Assembly: GCF_041248615.1 (NCBI RefSeq)
Contig: NZ_CP158426.1
Length of the DNA stretch: 64,000 bases
Source of the DNA: Escherichia coli
GTDB taxonomy: Bacteria; Pseudomonadota; Gammaproteobacteria; Enterobacterales; Enterobacteriaceae
Reading direction: 5' to 3' (one strand)
Each line of letters begins with the position of its first letter. Position 1 is the first letter of the stretch. The notes under the pieces are model-generated. The model was not told the DNA's origin. It did no database searches and saw only the letters and a list, made by a program, of their open reading frames with translations. A program made the position numbers and the translations under genes. Shown one piece after another: positions 42,120-51,682 of this stretch.

Positions 42120-42306
42120 TTTTTTAAGTTCTATTTTGTTCTCCTTAATTATGTAAGGAGTATTTGATCATGTATAAGCAATAAAAAACAGCTTTAGGTA
42201 ATGAGGAATATCTCAATTTTTAAGCATAAAATGCGAATTGTTTAGTACAAAAAAGCAGCGTTACGTGATCTTTCCCTGCACTTCACCCTAACTTTAATTT
42301 AACTTC

Positions 42307-42346
42307 AAGAAGTATTAAGGCCTCAATAGCGAACTTAATACTTCTT
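42307..42346 (-). terminator. AT-rich hairpin downstream of Rhs immunity gene (weak terminator candidate)
   Basis: aagaagtattaag-N14-cttaatacttctt perfect 13-bp inverted repeat. Confidence 0.3.
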
Positions 42347-42354
42347 AAAGAATA

Positions 42355-42732
42355 TCACTCCTGACCAAAATCTTTCCACACTAATGCATGAGACTTTGAT
42401 TTATCACCCAAAAATTTACTTACATCTTTCCAAAGTAAAGAATTGCTATCGGTCGCAGTGACTATTGCCTCTATAAGCCCTGTAGCTACAACTGTGGCCA
42501 ATTCATCATCAATCGAGACCATACCATCTTCGACATGTTTAAATATTTTTTCTCTTTCAATATCACCCATTTCATAAAAATTTTTTACAATCGTTTTTCC
42601 AATCTGAGAGAACAACATAACCACCGGTGGAGTTTCTGGATGCCAGTATTCATTAGCTAATGAGACTGTCTCAGACAAAACAGTGGAAAACGATGCCATT
42701 TTTTCTATATAATTAGCAATATATTGGTTCAT
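42355..42732 (-). CDS. Putative immunity protein for the Rhs C-terminal toxin
   Basis: 125 aa AT-rich ORF immediately downstream of the rhs stop; family not recognised. Confidence 0.55.
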   Translation of the reverse strand: MNQYIANYIEKMASFSTVLSETVSLANEYWHPETPPVVMLFSQIGKTIVKNFYEMGDIEREKIFKHVEDGMVSIDDELATVVATGLIEAIVTATDSNSLLWKDVSKFLGDKSKSHALVWKDFGQE

Positions 42733-45700
42733 TACTTGCCTCCCAAAGCATTCTGTAAATCCTGAAGAACGTTTTCTGCTGCTGCTCGATCCCCTGGAGA
42801 TGCTGTTGGATTCTTATCCAACCAATCCTGTAAAGCCCTTGTATAATCCTGTGCTTTCAATACATGTCCTCTACCACCAACTTTTTCACCTGTGGCCAAT
42901 TCATAACGAACAGCATCTGCTGTGCTTCCACTTCCTACTTTTGCATTTGGCCGATAAAGATCGTCTATAATATTTTTCAAATTTGAATCTGTAACGTCAG
43001 GTTTTCCCATCTTCTGTCGCAATTCATCTTTATACCGTTCATGCTGCATACGATCTCTTGCGCTATTCTCATCTTCTGGTCCCCATCCTCCCGGGCTTCC
43101 CGTACTGCCACCACCCAGGCAGTTCTTCTCTTCCTCCGTCAAATCCTTCCCGACATTTGGATTCTCTTTTGATGAATCATCATTTCCAAACACGCTGGAA
43201 AAAGCACCATAGGGATCTCGCCAGAATTCCATTTGACTTTGTGCATTTAATAATTCGGCTTCACCCTGCATCTCCATACTTTTCTCAATCGCGTCCCCAA
43301 CAGCCTCGCGATTGTTGTATATTATTATACCACCACCAATAACCACCGTACCGACTGCCGCACCGACTAACATCCCCGGAGGGCCTCCTACCGAACCGAT
43401 CTCTGTACCTACTTCAGAACCAGTTCCCATGGCAGTTAATGCTCCTGCGCCCAACGCCGCACTTAATCCCAGCGGATCCAGCCGTTGCACCGGGTTCAGT
43501 GGATACGCATACAGGTTCCATCCCCCCTTCAGCCCAATCGGATCCTGGGTGATATACCTCCCCTGTAGCGGGTCATAGTACCGGTGACGGTTGTAGTACA
43601 GCCCCGACTCCTCATCATACTGCTGCCCCGGCAGACGGAGTGACTGTTGAAGGTGCTGCGTGCTTTCCTCTCCCAGCAGGTTTCCCCACTCGTCATACTC
43701 CCCGCGCCACGCCGTTTCCCCTTCCGGGCTGATAAGCGCCTGCGGCAGCCCACGGTGGTCACAGTGGTAAAGATGAAGTTTCCTCTCCGGGATGTATTCC
43801 GCCTCCAGTTGCGCCGCCATCTGTTCCGCCGTCAACCCACACTGTGCAAGCCACTGCTGGCTTTCTTCACTCACGCTGCCCTGCCGCAGTTCCCGCTCCA
43901 GCCTCCCCAGCATCACCGCCAGCTCCGCCGGTAGCGTCACACCCGTGTCCTCCTGCAACACCTCCGCCAGGCTACGGTGCCGCGCCTTCGCCTGTTCGCC
44001 ATTCTCTGTTTCGATTCTCAGGAGCGGCGTGAAGCTCCCCGGCTGGTATACCGTCTGGATACGCGTGGTGTCGGTCTGTACCGTCGTCAGCCTGTCGCCG
44101 TCCCACCCGTACCAGGTCACCTCCGGTTTACGCGACAGCGACATCCACCCCGTCAGGTCACGCTCCCGCCGCCACACCCGTTTTCCCGTCCGGCGGCCCA
44201 GCGGGTCATAGAGGTAGCGGCTCTCCACCTGTGGCTCGCCGTGCTGTATCCGCGTGTAGAACACCAGGCGGTGCTGGCTGTCGTAATGGTAGTGGTGCGT
44301 CCGCTCGTCGTGCATCCGTATCACCCCTTCCGGGATACGGTCCGTCTTCTCCGCCAGCCTGCCGTATTCATCGTAGCGGTAGACATAGTGCGCATCTTCC
44401 GTGATGCGGTTATCCGGCCACGCCGTGAAGGTGCTGTCCGGGTGCAGTTCCGGGTCCGGCAGCCGGTTTCCTGCCGGGTCCGTCGCATACGGGATATCAA
44501 TGTCCAGGTTCGCTGCCGTGGTGTGGACGCCCGTCAGCCTTCCCGTGTCGCTGTAACGGTACTCCCGGCTCTCCTGCGGGCCGCTGATGCGAATTAGCTG
44601 TCCGTTGTCGTTCCAGTCGTAGTCACGGTCAAGCTGCGGAAGGTTCAGGTGCCTGCTCCGGAGCTGGCCGCTGGTATTCCAGGCGGTGGCAAGCTCATAT
44701 GCCTCCCCGCCGAAGCTGCGGGCCGTCTCACGGTGCAGCCGGTCCCGCGTGTACTCGACCAGTGGCGTACCACCCAGCTTCATTCCCGCAAGATAACCGC
44801 TGCCATACGTCAGCCACTCCACCGGCGGCAGACCGTCCGGCTCCTGACGGGTCGCCAGCCCCTGTTCGCTGTACGCGTGCTTCGTCTCATGCTCCCACAG
44901 CATCTCCCCCGTCTCCGGGTTCTCCACCGTCTGCCGTTCGCCCGTCAGGCGGCCTTTATCGTCGTGGCCGTAGTGGACCGCCACACGGTGGCCTTCGCTG
45001 ATATGGCTGATTTCTGTCAGCCAGCCGTGCTCATCATACTGCCACTGCTCCGCCGGGTCGCCGTTCACCGTCCGGTGCGTGATGCGGTCCGACGCATCGT
45101 AATGCCAGAGGGTGATAAGCCCCTCATCTTCACTCTGCGTGAGTTTTCCGGTCAGGTCATAGTGGTAACGTTGCGTCCGCCCGTCAAAGCCGCGCTGCTC
45201 CGTCAGCCTGTCCACCGGGTCATACCGGAACGTGGACTGGCTGCCGTTCTCGTTGGTCAGCACGGTGGTGCGACCGGCGGCGTCATACCCCATGCTGCGC
45301 GTCAGTCCGCCTTCCGTCACACTCACCGGACGCCCGCGTTTATCATATTCGATGGTGCTGCGTTTACCGTCCGGTGATATCGTCGCTGTCAGGTCGCCTG
45401 CGGTGCTGTACTCATAACGGGTTTCACGCCCCTGCGCATCCTTCTGACTGACCAGTTGGCCACGCGGGTTATAACTGCTGTAAGTGCTGATGCCTTCTTC
45501 CCGGTGAACGGCGATTTGTTGACCGTACCGGTCATACTCATACCGCGTCGTGTACCCCGAGCAGTCCGTAAACGCCTGAAGCTGACCGTACCGGTTTCGC
45601 GTTATTCTCCGCATCACCCCGGTTCCGTCTTCCACCGCGCCGGGCAGGCTACTGCGGGGGGAGTCATAAAACCAGCGCGTAATGTTACCGTTGCGCGAGA

Positions 45701-47231
45701 TCTCTTCCGCCAGCCTGCCCTGACGGTCATATTTCCGGCTGCTGCGCAGCCCGTCCGGGTACGTCACTGACGTCAGTTGCAACTGGTTGTTGTAACCATA
45801 CCGTACCGTCCTGCCGTCCGGAAGTATCACTGAAGTCAGCTTTCCAGACGCCATATGCAGCCGATACTCCGTCCGCCGTCCCGCCGCATCCGTCTGCGCC
45901 TTCAGCCTCCCCGCCTCATCATACTCGCTGCGGGTGATGCTCCCGTCCGCATGTTCCTTCTTCACCACCCGCTTCAGGCCACCTTCGCCTTCCGTGTACA
46001 GCACCTCCCGCCTGTTCAGGCTGTCCGTGATGATTACCCGGCTCTCTCCGTACTCAAAGCGGTAGTCCAGCCCCTCCGGGTTGACCTGCTCCGTCACCCG
46101 GCCGGTATCATCATACCGGTAGCGGCTCTCCGGCCTCCCCGCATAATGGTGCGCCACCATCCGCCCGGCGTGCGCCACATCATAAGTAACCCCGCGCACC
46201 TGCGTCCCGCTGCGGTCATACACCGCCCGCAGTTCTCCGCTGGCCGTGTACGTGTAGCGCGCCAGCGGCGCAGTCGGCTGTTCATCCGGGTATGCCGGGT
46301 CGTGTGTCAGCCACACCGCCTCCAGCCGGATACCGTTATCGGCACCGTATTCTGTACCGACGGGCAGCGTATCGGGGAAAACCTGAGAAGAGGAAACAGA
46401 ACGGGGACCGGCAGGGGAAGATAAGGAAGACTCGCGCTGTTTACGGGACGCTTCCGCCCGCTGTGACTGTGTGGTCAGCGCCAGGTGAAAACAGCGGCCC
46501 GCGCCGTCCGTCACCCTGGTGATTTCACCAGCCAGTTCGCCTGCGGCCTCGCGGTGGAAAGTCAGTGAACGCCCGAAGCCGTCCACCACGCCCGTCAGCA
46601 CCCGGTATGCGGGTGGCTCCGGCGGCAACACCTCGTCCACCCCCGGCACCCGCTCCGGCCAGCCGAGTACCAGCCACTGCCCGGTTGTGCTGACAGCCAT
46701 CATATAGGTGTGTGGACTCAGGCGGACCGCTTCCGGCAACGCCCGCCAGAGCCGGGCCAGCGGGTGGCCTTTCTGCTGTTTCAGCACCCCGCCCCGCGCC
46801 AGCCAGAACGACTCGCTGCGGCTGTAGCTTATCTCGCCGGGAAACAGCGGCTCAAAGTGAATGCTCCTGCCGCCGCTGTCGTTGAGTATCAGGCCTTCAT
46901 CGCGTATCTGTAAGCGGATATCGAAGGGGGCTTTCCAGCCGGGACCAAACACCCCCACCGGCGCGGGCGTCCTGGTCCGGTAGCTGCTGTAGGCGCGGAA
47001 AAGAACAAACGGCAGCGGGCCGGACAGTGCCAGGTCGGTTTCAGCAGGCAGCACCTTCGCTCCCAGCAGCGGGTTTACCGGATTACCCTTCTGCTCCTCT
47101 ATCGGGCTGTTGGGACATACCGAACAGGCCACACCGGTTGGCGCACCTATCAGCACCCCTGCTGAACCCTGCACAATATCCAGTCCCTTGCGGGTCATGT
47201 CACCCTGCCGCGCCGCCGGTTTTCCACCCAT
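42732..47231 (-). CDS. rhs: PAAR-domain Rhs repeat protein with polymorphic C-terminal toxin domain (T6SS effector)
   Basis: 1499 aa; N-terminal [15 protein letters not shown] motif, YD repeats, DPxGL demarcation (RLDPLGL) then ~243-aa tip; tip (42735-43463) is markedly AT-rich relative to the core. Confidence 0.9.
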   Translation of the reverse strand: MGGKPAARQGDMTRKGLDIVQGSAGVLIGAPTGVACSVCPNSPIEEQKGNPVNPLLGAKVLPAETDLALSGPLPFVLFRAYSSYRTRTPAPVGVFGPGWKAPFDIRLQIRDEGLILNDSGGRSIHFEPLFPGEISYSRSESFWLARGGVLKQQKGHPLARLWRALPEAVRLSPHTYMMAVSTTGQWLVLGWPERVPGVDEVLPPEPPAYRVLTGVVDGFGRSLTFHREAAGELAGEITRVTDGAGRCFHLALTTQSQRAEASRKQRESSLSSPAGPRSVSSSQVFPDTLPVGTEYGADNGIRLEAVWLTHDPAYPDEQPTAPLARYTYTASGELRAVYDRSGTQVRGVTYDVAHAGRMVAHHYAGRPESRYRYDDTGRVTEQVNPEGLDYRFEYGESRVIITDSLNRREVLYTEGEGGLKRVVKKEHADGSITRSEYDEAGRLKAQTDAAGRRTEYRLHMASGKLTSVILPDGRTVRYGYNNQLQLTSVTYPDGLRSSRKYDRQGRLAEEISRNGNITRWFYDSPRSSLPGAVEDGTGVMRRITRNRYGQLQAFTDCSGYTTRYEYDRYGQQIAVHREEGISTYSSYNPRGQLVSQKDAQGRETRYEYSTAGDLTATISPDGKRSTIEYDKRGRPVSVTEGGLTRSMGYDAAGRTTVLTNENGSQSTFRYDPVDRLTEQRGFDGRTQRYHYDLTGKLTQSEDEGLITLWHYDASDRITHRTVNGDPAEQWQYDEHGWLTEISHISEGHRVAVHYGHDDKGRLTGERQTVENPETGEMLWEHETKHAYSEQGLATRQEPDGLPPVEWLTYGSGYLAGMKLGGTPLVEYTRDRLHRETARSFGGEAYELATAWNTSGQLRSRHLNLPQLDRDYDWNDNGQLIRISGPQESREYRYSDTGRLTGVHTTAANLDIDIPYATDPAGNRLPDPELHPDSTFTAWPDNRITEDAHYVYRYDEYGRLAEKTDRIPEGVIRMHDERTHHYHYDSQHRLVFYTRIQHGEPQVESRYLYDPLGRRTGKRVWRRERDLTGWMSLSRKPEVTWYGWDGDRLTTVQTDTTRIQTVYQPGSFTPLLRIETENGEQAKARHRSLAEVLQEDTGVTLPAELAVMLGRLERELRQGSVSEESQQWLAQCGLTAEQMAAQLEAEYIPERKLHLYHCDHRGLPQALISPEGETAWRGEYDEWGNLLGEESTQHLQQSLRLPGQQYDEESGLYYNRHRYYDPLQGRYITQDPIGLKGGWNLYAYPLNPVQRLDPLGLSAALGAGALTAMGTGSEVGTEIGSVGGPPGMLVGAAVGTVVIGGGIIIYNNREAVGDAIEKSMEMQGEAELLNAQSQMEFWRDPYGAFSSVFGNDDSSKENPNVGKDLTEEEKNCLGGGSTGSPGGWGPEDENSARDRMQHERYKDELRQKMGKPDVTDSNLKNIIDDLYRPNAKVGSGSTADAVRYELATGEKVGGRGHVLKAQDYTRALQDWLDKNPTASPGDRAAAENVLQDLQNALGGK

Positions 47232-47306
47232 GAATCAATTCCTTCTGCTTTTAATATGGTTTATCTGGTCACTGCACCAGTTCCGTTTTAATTTTTTGCA
47301 CCTGAC

Positions 47307-49448
47307 TCAAAATTGCCGCATATCCGGCATTCCGGGGGGTAAATCTTTCGGCACAGGCGCATCCGGTACAGGTTGTGTGGCACCACAGTTCCAGTTAATC
47401 ACCGGCGCATCACCGTTCACATCCGACTCTCCTTCCAGATGAATGTGCGTACCATTGAGAAATATGCTTCCGTCCTTCGTCAGCACCAACCTTGCCTTAC
47501 CGCAGCAGAGTTCCAGATGCTCACCGGCAGAATAAACTGCTGTTTGTCCGGTGTTTTCCTTCATCGTCTTGCCCACCGAGAAGGTGACGTTATTCCCTAC
47601 ATTGACGCTGTAGCCCATTCCCACCATCAGTGATTTATGCAGCCCTACCTGTGAGGACTGCAACAACGCCACCGAGGTATTCATGATGCCGCCTACCGTC
47701 GTCTGGTAAGCCACGCCCACCGTCAGCGCACGAATGATCCCCACCTTTTCAACCTGGTTTGAACCCACTTTGACAATCTGGTTGCTGCCTACCGTTTCCA
47801 CCTGGTTGACACCAACCGTCTGTATCTGATTAACGCCAATGTTCTGGATCTGGTTATTGGTAACGGTGATCGCCTGGTTGTTACCTATTTTTTCGGCATG
47901 GTTGTTTATCACATCCGTGGTGCGGTTATTCAGCACCTCGGTGTTCATGTTCTTCTGCGCGTGGATGTAGACCTGTTCTTTCCCTGTCGCATCGTCAAAC
48001 TTCAGTTCATTAAACCCGCTGCCCTTATAGGTTTTCGAACGAATGGTCATCTGCGTCTTTGTTCCCGGCAGGCTGCCGGGGGTGCGGTTTTCCTGGTGGT
48101 AGGTACGCCCCATAATAATCGGCTGGTCCGGATCGCCGTTGAGGAAGTCCACAATGACTTCCTGACCCACACGCGGTATCGCCAGGTTGCCAAAGCCGGT
48201 GCCTGCCCACGCCTGTGCCACACGGATCCAGCATGAACTGTCCTGGTTTGACGGGTTATAGCGGTCCCAGTTAAATTTCACCCGCACGCGGCCATGTTCA
48301 TCACAGAAGATTTCTTCTCCTGCCGGTCCCGTCACGACGGCGCTCTGCGGGCCGTCCACCAGCGGTTTCAGCAACGGCTGTGGCCGCCATGTTCTGTCTG
48401 CCGGTATTACCGCAAAGTGGTTATTCAGCGTGGTACCTGAACCCCTGCGTCCCGGCACCGCCTGCGGCTGCTCGCCGTGCAGTTCACTTGCCACCACCTG
48501 CCATTCCCGGTTCAGGTTCGCCTGCGGATGCCCCGTCAGCGCAATTCGCCGTCCCGGCCATATCTCCGGCGAACGGCTTGTTCCGCGCGCCACTTCTGCG
48601 TTGTTTCGCCAGCCATCCATCTGCCAGCAGGCAAAGTTCTGCCCGTGGGCACCCTTGAAACGTCCGGGGTAGTCATACACTTCATACTGTGTGCGCTGGT
48701 AATCCTGGTGCTGGCCTTCCTGATCAAAACGCCCTGCCCAGCCGGGTCGTTTAAAGGTGTAGTCTTTGGTCACCACGGAAGATGGGCGGATTTGTGCGCT
48801 GTAGAGGAACTGGCTGATGCATAGGGTGCTCACCTCGGTACGGGTGTTCGGATTCCAGGGGATCTCAAAGGACTCCGGCAGATAACGCACGGTGTCGCAC
48901 AGGACCAGGCTCTGGTCGGTACTTTTTTGCGCGTGCTCCTCATAAAAGAAGATGCCTTCCTCCGCCGCCATCCGGCACAGGAAATCGTAATCGGTTTCGC
49001 CGTACTGGACACAAAACTCACGGGAAGGATGCGGCTCGCTGAACAGCGGACTCCACTCGGTCACCCCGTTTTCTTTCAGGATCGTCGCGAGTATGCTTTC
49101 GATGTCCTCATTCTGGAAGATACGGAAGTTCTGGCGCAGCCCTGTGCGCCACAGCGGTGGGCACACCTTCATGCTGTACAGCATCTGGTTTTTGTCGTTC
49201 TCCCCCAGTTCAAACCAGGTCACCACACCTTTCACCCGGCGCTGTACGTCATCGCCCTGCCATACCGTCAGGTAGGCCATTTTGTCCAGCACCTGCGCAA
49301 ATTCAAGGGAGAGAAACTGCTGGCTGACCAGAGAGAGATCGAGGGAAAAGAGCGAAGAGAGTGACTGGTTCAGATGAAAGGAGACCACCGCAAACGCGTC
49401 CGGTGGCAGGCCGTCCACTTCCAGCGTGAAACGTAATCCGGTTGACAT
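47307..49448 (-). CDS. vgrG: T6SS spike protein VgrG (TssI)
   Basis: 713 aa; gp27/gp5-like VgrG pattern, position between hcp and PAAR-rhs; GGAGG RBS. Confidence 0.9.
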   Translation of the reverse strand: MSTGLRFTLEVDGLPPDAFAVVSFHLNQSLSSLFSLDLSLVSQQFLSLEFAQVLDKMAYLTVWQGDDVQRRVKGVVTWFELGENDKNQMLYSMKVCPPLWRTGLRQNFRIFQNEDIESILATILKENGVTEWSPLFSEPHPSREFCVQYGETDYDFLCRMAAEEGIFFYEEHAQKSTDQSLVLCDTVRYLPESFEIPWNPNTRTEVSTLCISQFLYSAQIRPSSVVTKDYTFKRPGWAGRFDQEGQHQDYQRTQYEVYDYPGRFKGAHGQNFACWQMDGWRNNAEVARGTSRSPEIWPGRRIALTGHPQANLNREWQVVASELHGEQPQAVPGRRGSGTTLNNHFAVIPADRTWRPQPLLKPLVDGPQSAVVTGPAGEEIFCDEHGRVRVKFNWDRYNPSNQDSSCWIRVAQAWAGTGFGNLAIPRVGQEVIVDFLNGDPDQPIIMGRTYHQENRTPGSLPGTKTQMTIRSKTYKGSGFNELKFDDATGKEQVYIHAQKNMNTEVLNNRTTDVINNHAEKIGNNQAITVTNNQIQNIGVNQIQTVGVNQVETVGSNQIVKVGSNQVEKVGIIRALTVGVAYQTTVGGIMNTSVALLQSSQVGLHKSLMVGMGYSVNVGNNVTFSVGKTMKENTGQTAVYSAGEHLELCCGKARLVLTKDGSIFLNGTHIHLEGESDVNGDAPVINWNCGATQPVPDAPVPKDLPPGMPDMRQF

Positions 49449-49607
49449 AGCAACCTCCGGGTTTAAGGAAAAACAGACAGTTCGCTGTTAAAGCGGCTGT
49501 AACAGTACAGTGTTACGCTTGCGTTCAGGCACGCTACCGCCGAAGTTTCCGGCATCCGCCATCTCCCGTGAACGTAACCCCTTACTGACAACCTTTCTTT
49601 TTACGGC

Positions 49608-49647
49608 GTAATACAAAAACAGCATCCGGCCTAATAGCCGGATGCTG
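49608..49647 (-). terminator. Rho-independent terminator/attenuator just downstream of hcp
   Basis: GC-rich hairpin cagcatccggc-ctaata-gccggatgctg followed on the minus strand by TTTTTGTATT, about 10 nt after the hcp stop. Confidence 0.6.
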
Positions 49648-49657
49648 TTGGCTTAAC

Positions 49658-50176
49658 TTATGCTTCCAGCGGTGCGCGCCAGTCGTCGGCACCGGAGGTG
49701 CCAGACTTGACGTGTTCCCACTCTATTTTGCGGTAGGCCAGTGAAACTTCGAGCAACTGGGTGAACTCGCGTTTCGCCGGATCCTGGCAATGCGGCATAT
49801 GCAGTTTCATATCGACAATCGTCGAATCGGTCAGGCGGGTGGTGAAATAATGCTCCTGTTTGCCTTCCACAGAGGTACGCCACCAGTGAAGTTCAGTGGT
49901 TGGCAGCATTTCGCCGGAGGCCAGTGCGTTGTACATCAGCGGAACAGCTTTGTTCAGCGCCACGGTAAAAATGAACGGCTTGTGAGCACGCTGACCCGCA
50001 GGCTGGCCGGACTGAGGATCGGTCGGGACAGTAACGTTATGCAGGAATTCCTGCACCAGCATCTCGTCTTCGTGCCCCTGCACATAGATGTTGCCGACAG
50101 AATCAGCGGTAAATGCACCTGCAGTAATATTTCCCTGGGTCTGACCAGTGATGGAGATATAACACGGTGTTGGCAT
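49658..50176 (-). CDS. hcp: T6SS tube protein Hcp (TssD)
   Basis: 172 aa; Hcp family pattern. Confidence 0.9.
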   Translation of the reverse strand: MPTPCYISITGQTQGNITAGAFTADSVGNIYVQGHEDEMLVQEFLHNVTVPTDPQSGQPAGQRAHKPFIFTVALNKAVPLMYNALASGEMLPTTELHWWRTSVEGKQEHYFTTRLTDSTIVDMKLHMPHCQDPAKREFTQLLEVSLAYRKIEWEHVKSGTSGADDWRAPLEA

Positions 50177-50474
50177 TTGTAAACTCCTTGTTAACGTGGT
50201 TAATTACTACTTACAATGACCTGCCGTTAATCCCAGACAGGCAGATGCAGCTCACTTCACGGAACCGCATCATTTTTCAGTATTTTTTACATACAAACCG
50301 AGCTAGAATTTACGGTTGTCGTAAAAACTATTTTTAAAATCATTAAATCTCTTATTCAGCAATAAGTTAATAATATATATCTGGATAACCATACCCAACT
50401 ATTCAAAGTCCGTATTGCCTCCATAAAATGGCCAAAGCTGAATCATGAATAAATATTGTATTTATCCTTTCTGA

Positions 50475-50491
50475 ATTATCATTTTGATAAT
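50475..50491. promoter_or_regulatory. Candidate Fur-like palindrome in T6SS divergent control region
   Basis: ATTATCATTTTGATAAT perfect palindrome containing GATAAT/ATTATC hexamers; spacing is non-canonical. Confidence 0.25.
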
Positions 50492-50872
50492 TTTTGAGAT
50501 ATTCCTTAAAAATACCCACTTAATCAATCACAAAACAAATATATAAACAAGCAATCATCAGATTAGCTTATGTTTAATGAAATTATTATATAATTCAATA
50601 AGTTACATAAAAACTCTATATTTAAATTATTGCCATAATACACCTGACGCGAATTTCGAAGGTTCACACAATCTATTTAACGCTTGCAGAATACCTCTCT
50701 TTACGATCGATAAAAAGTCCTTTTCTTATTTATTTTGAAGCGTAGAATGCGGGGTGATGAAGGAGTGGTGATTTTATTTTCACCGCCATTAGGGCGGCAT
50801 TGCCGATATTTTTTTGCGGTACAAATATGCCGTGTTCATGGCCTGTACGAGATAACATGACGGATCACTTTT

Positions 50873-51373
50873 ATGAGCAAAAAATTTGAAGGCAGCGTCG
50901 CGCCTCGCGAGCGTATAAATATATCCTATGTCCCGAAGACGGACGGCCAGACGGCTGAAGTGGAGCTTCCGCTTAACATGCTCGTTGTCGGCGATACCGG
51001 AAATACGCAGGAGACATCCCCACTGGATGAACGTCAGGCAGTTTCCGTTAACAAGCACAATTTCGGTGCGGTGATGGCTGAAGCAGCCATTGGCCTCAAT
51101 TTTACCGTCCCCGCCACGCTGAAGGGAAGCACAACGGACGATGAACTGAATGTGGCGCTGAATATCAAGTCACTGGATGATTTTTCACCGGACAGCGTGG
51201 CCCGGCAGGTTCCGGAAGTTAATAAATTGCTGGAATTGCGTGAAGCACTGACTGCGCTGAAGGGGCCGATGGGCAACCTTCCGGCATTCCGTACCCAGCT
51301 CCAGGCATTGCTGGAAAATGAGGAGTCCCGCGAGCAGTTGCTCAAAGAAATCGGCCAAGTGAGTGGGAAATAA
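50873..51373 (+). CDS. tssB: T6SS sheath small subunit TssB
   Basis: 166 aa; TssB/VipA family pattern; first gene after the AT-rich region. Confidence 0.9.
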   Translation: MSKKFEGSVAPRERINISYVPKTDGQTAEVELPLNMLVVGDTGNTQETSPLDERQAVSVNKHNFGAVMAEAAIGLNFTVPATLKGSTTDDELNVALNIKSLDDFSPDSVARQVPEVNKLLELREALTALKGPMGNLPAFRTQLQALLENEESREQLLKEIGQVSGK

Positions 51374-51407
51374 CCACCACTATTTCATTAAACAGGGTTA
51401 TCCAGAC

Positions 51408-51632
51408 ATGGCGGCACACAAAAATATCTCCGGGAAAAACCCCCTCTCTGACGAAGACATTTTGCAGGCGGTTTACCGGGTATGTTTCAGCCCGTCCGGT
51501 GAAATCAACCGGGATGGCGTGGATGCGCTGATTACAACACTGGATCGCCGTATCAGTGATCTATTGGATGAGATTATCCATTTTTGTGAGTTTCAGCAGA
51601 GCGCGTCGCACTGGCAGCGCGTACTTCACTGA
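51408..51632 (+). CDS. Short ORF resembling a diverged N-terminal segment of TssC (paralogous fragment)
   Basis: 74 aa from ATG 51408; VDALITTLDRRISDLLDEIIHFCEFQQSASHWQ aligns with VDSMIADIDERISRQMDVIIHAPAFQQVESFWR of the adjacent full-length TssC. Confidence 0.45.
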   Translation: MAAHKNISGKNPLSDEDILQAVYRVCFSPSGEINRDGVDALITTLDRRISDLLDEIIHFCEFQQSASHWQRVLH

Positions 51633-51682
51633 TGGCGAAAAGCCGGTTTCAGAAACACAGCTAAAACAGAAGGATTTTCAGT

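Noticed and set aside
43058-47442. Many plus-strand ORFs of 60-240 aa
   Set aside because: All lie antisense within the 4.5-kb rhs gene; the GC-rich repeat-encoding sequence generates long spurious frames
51363-51407. ORF-track start at 51363 for the small ORF between tssB and tssC
   Set aside because: It is a GTG that overlaps the last codons of tssB; the ATG at 51408 is preferred, though neither has a strong RBS
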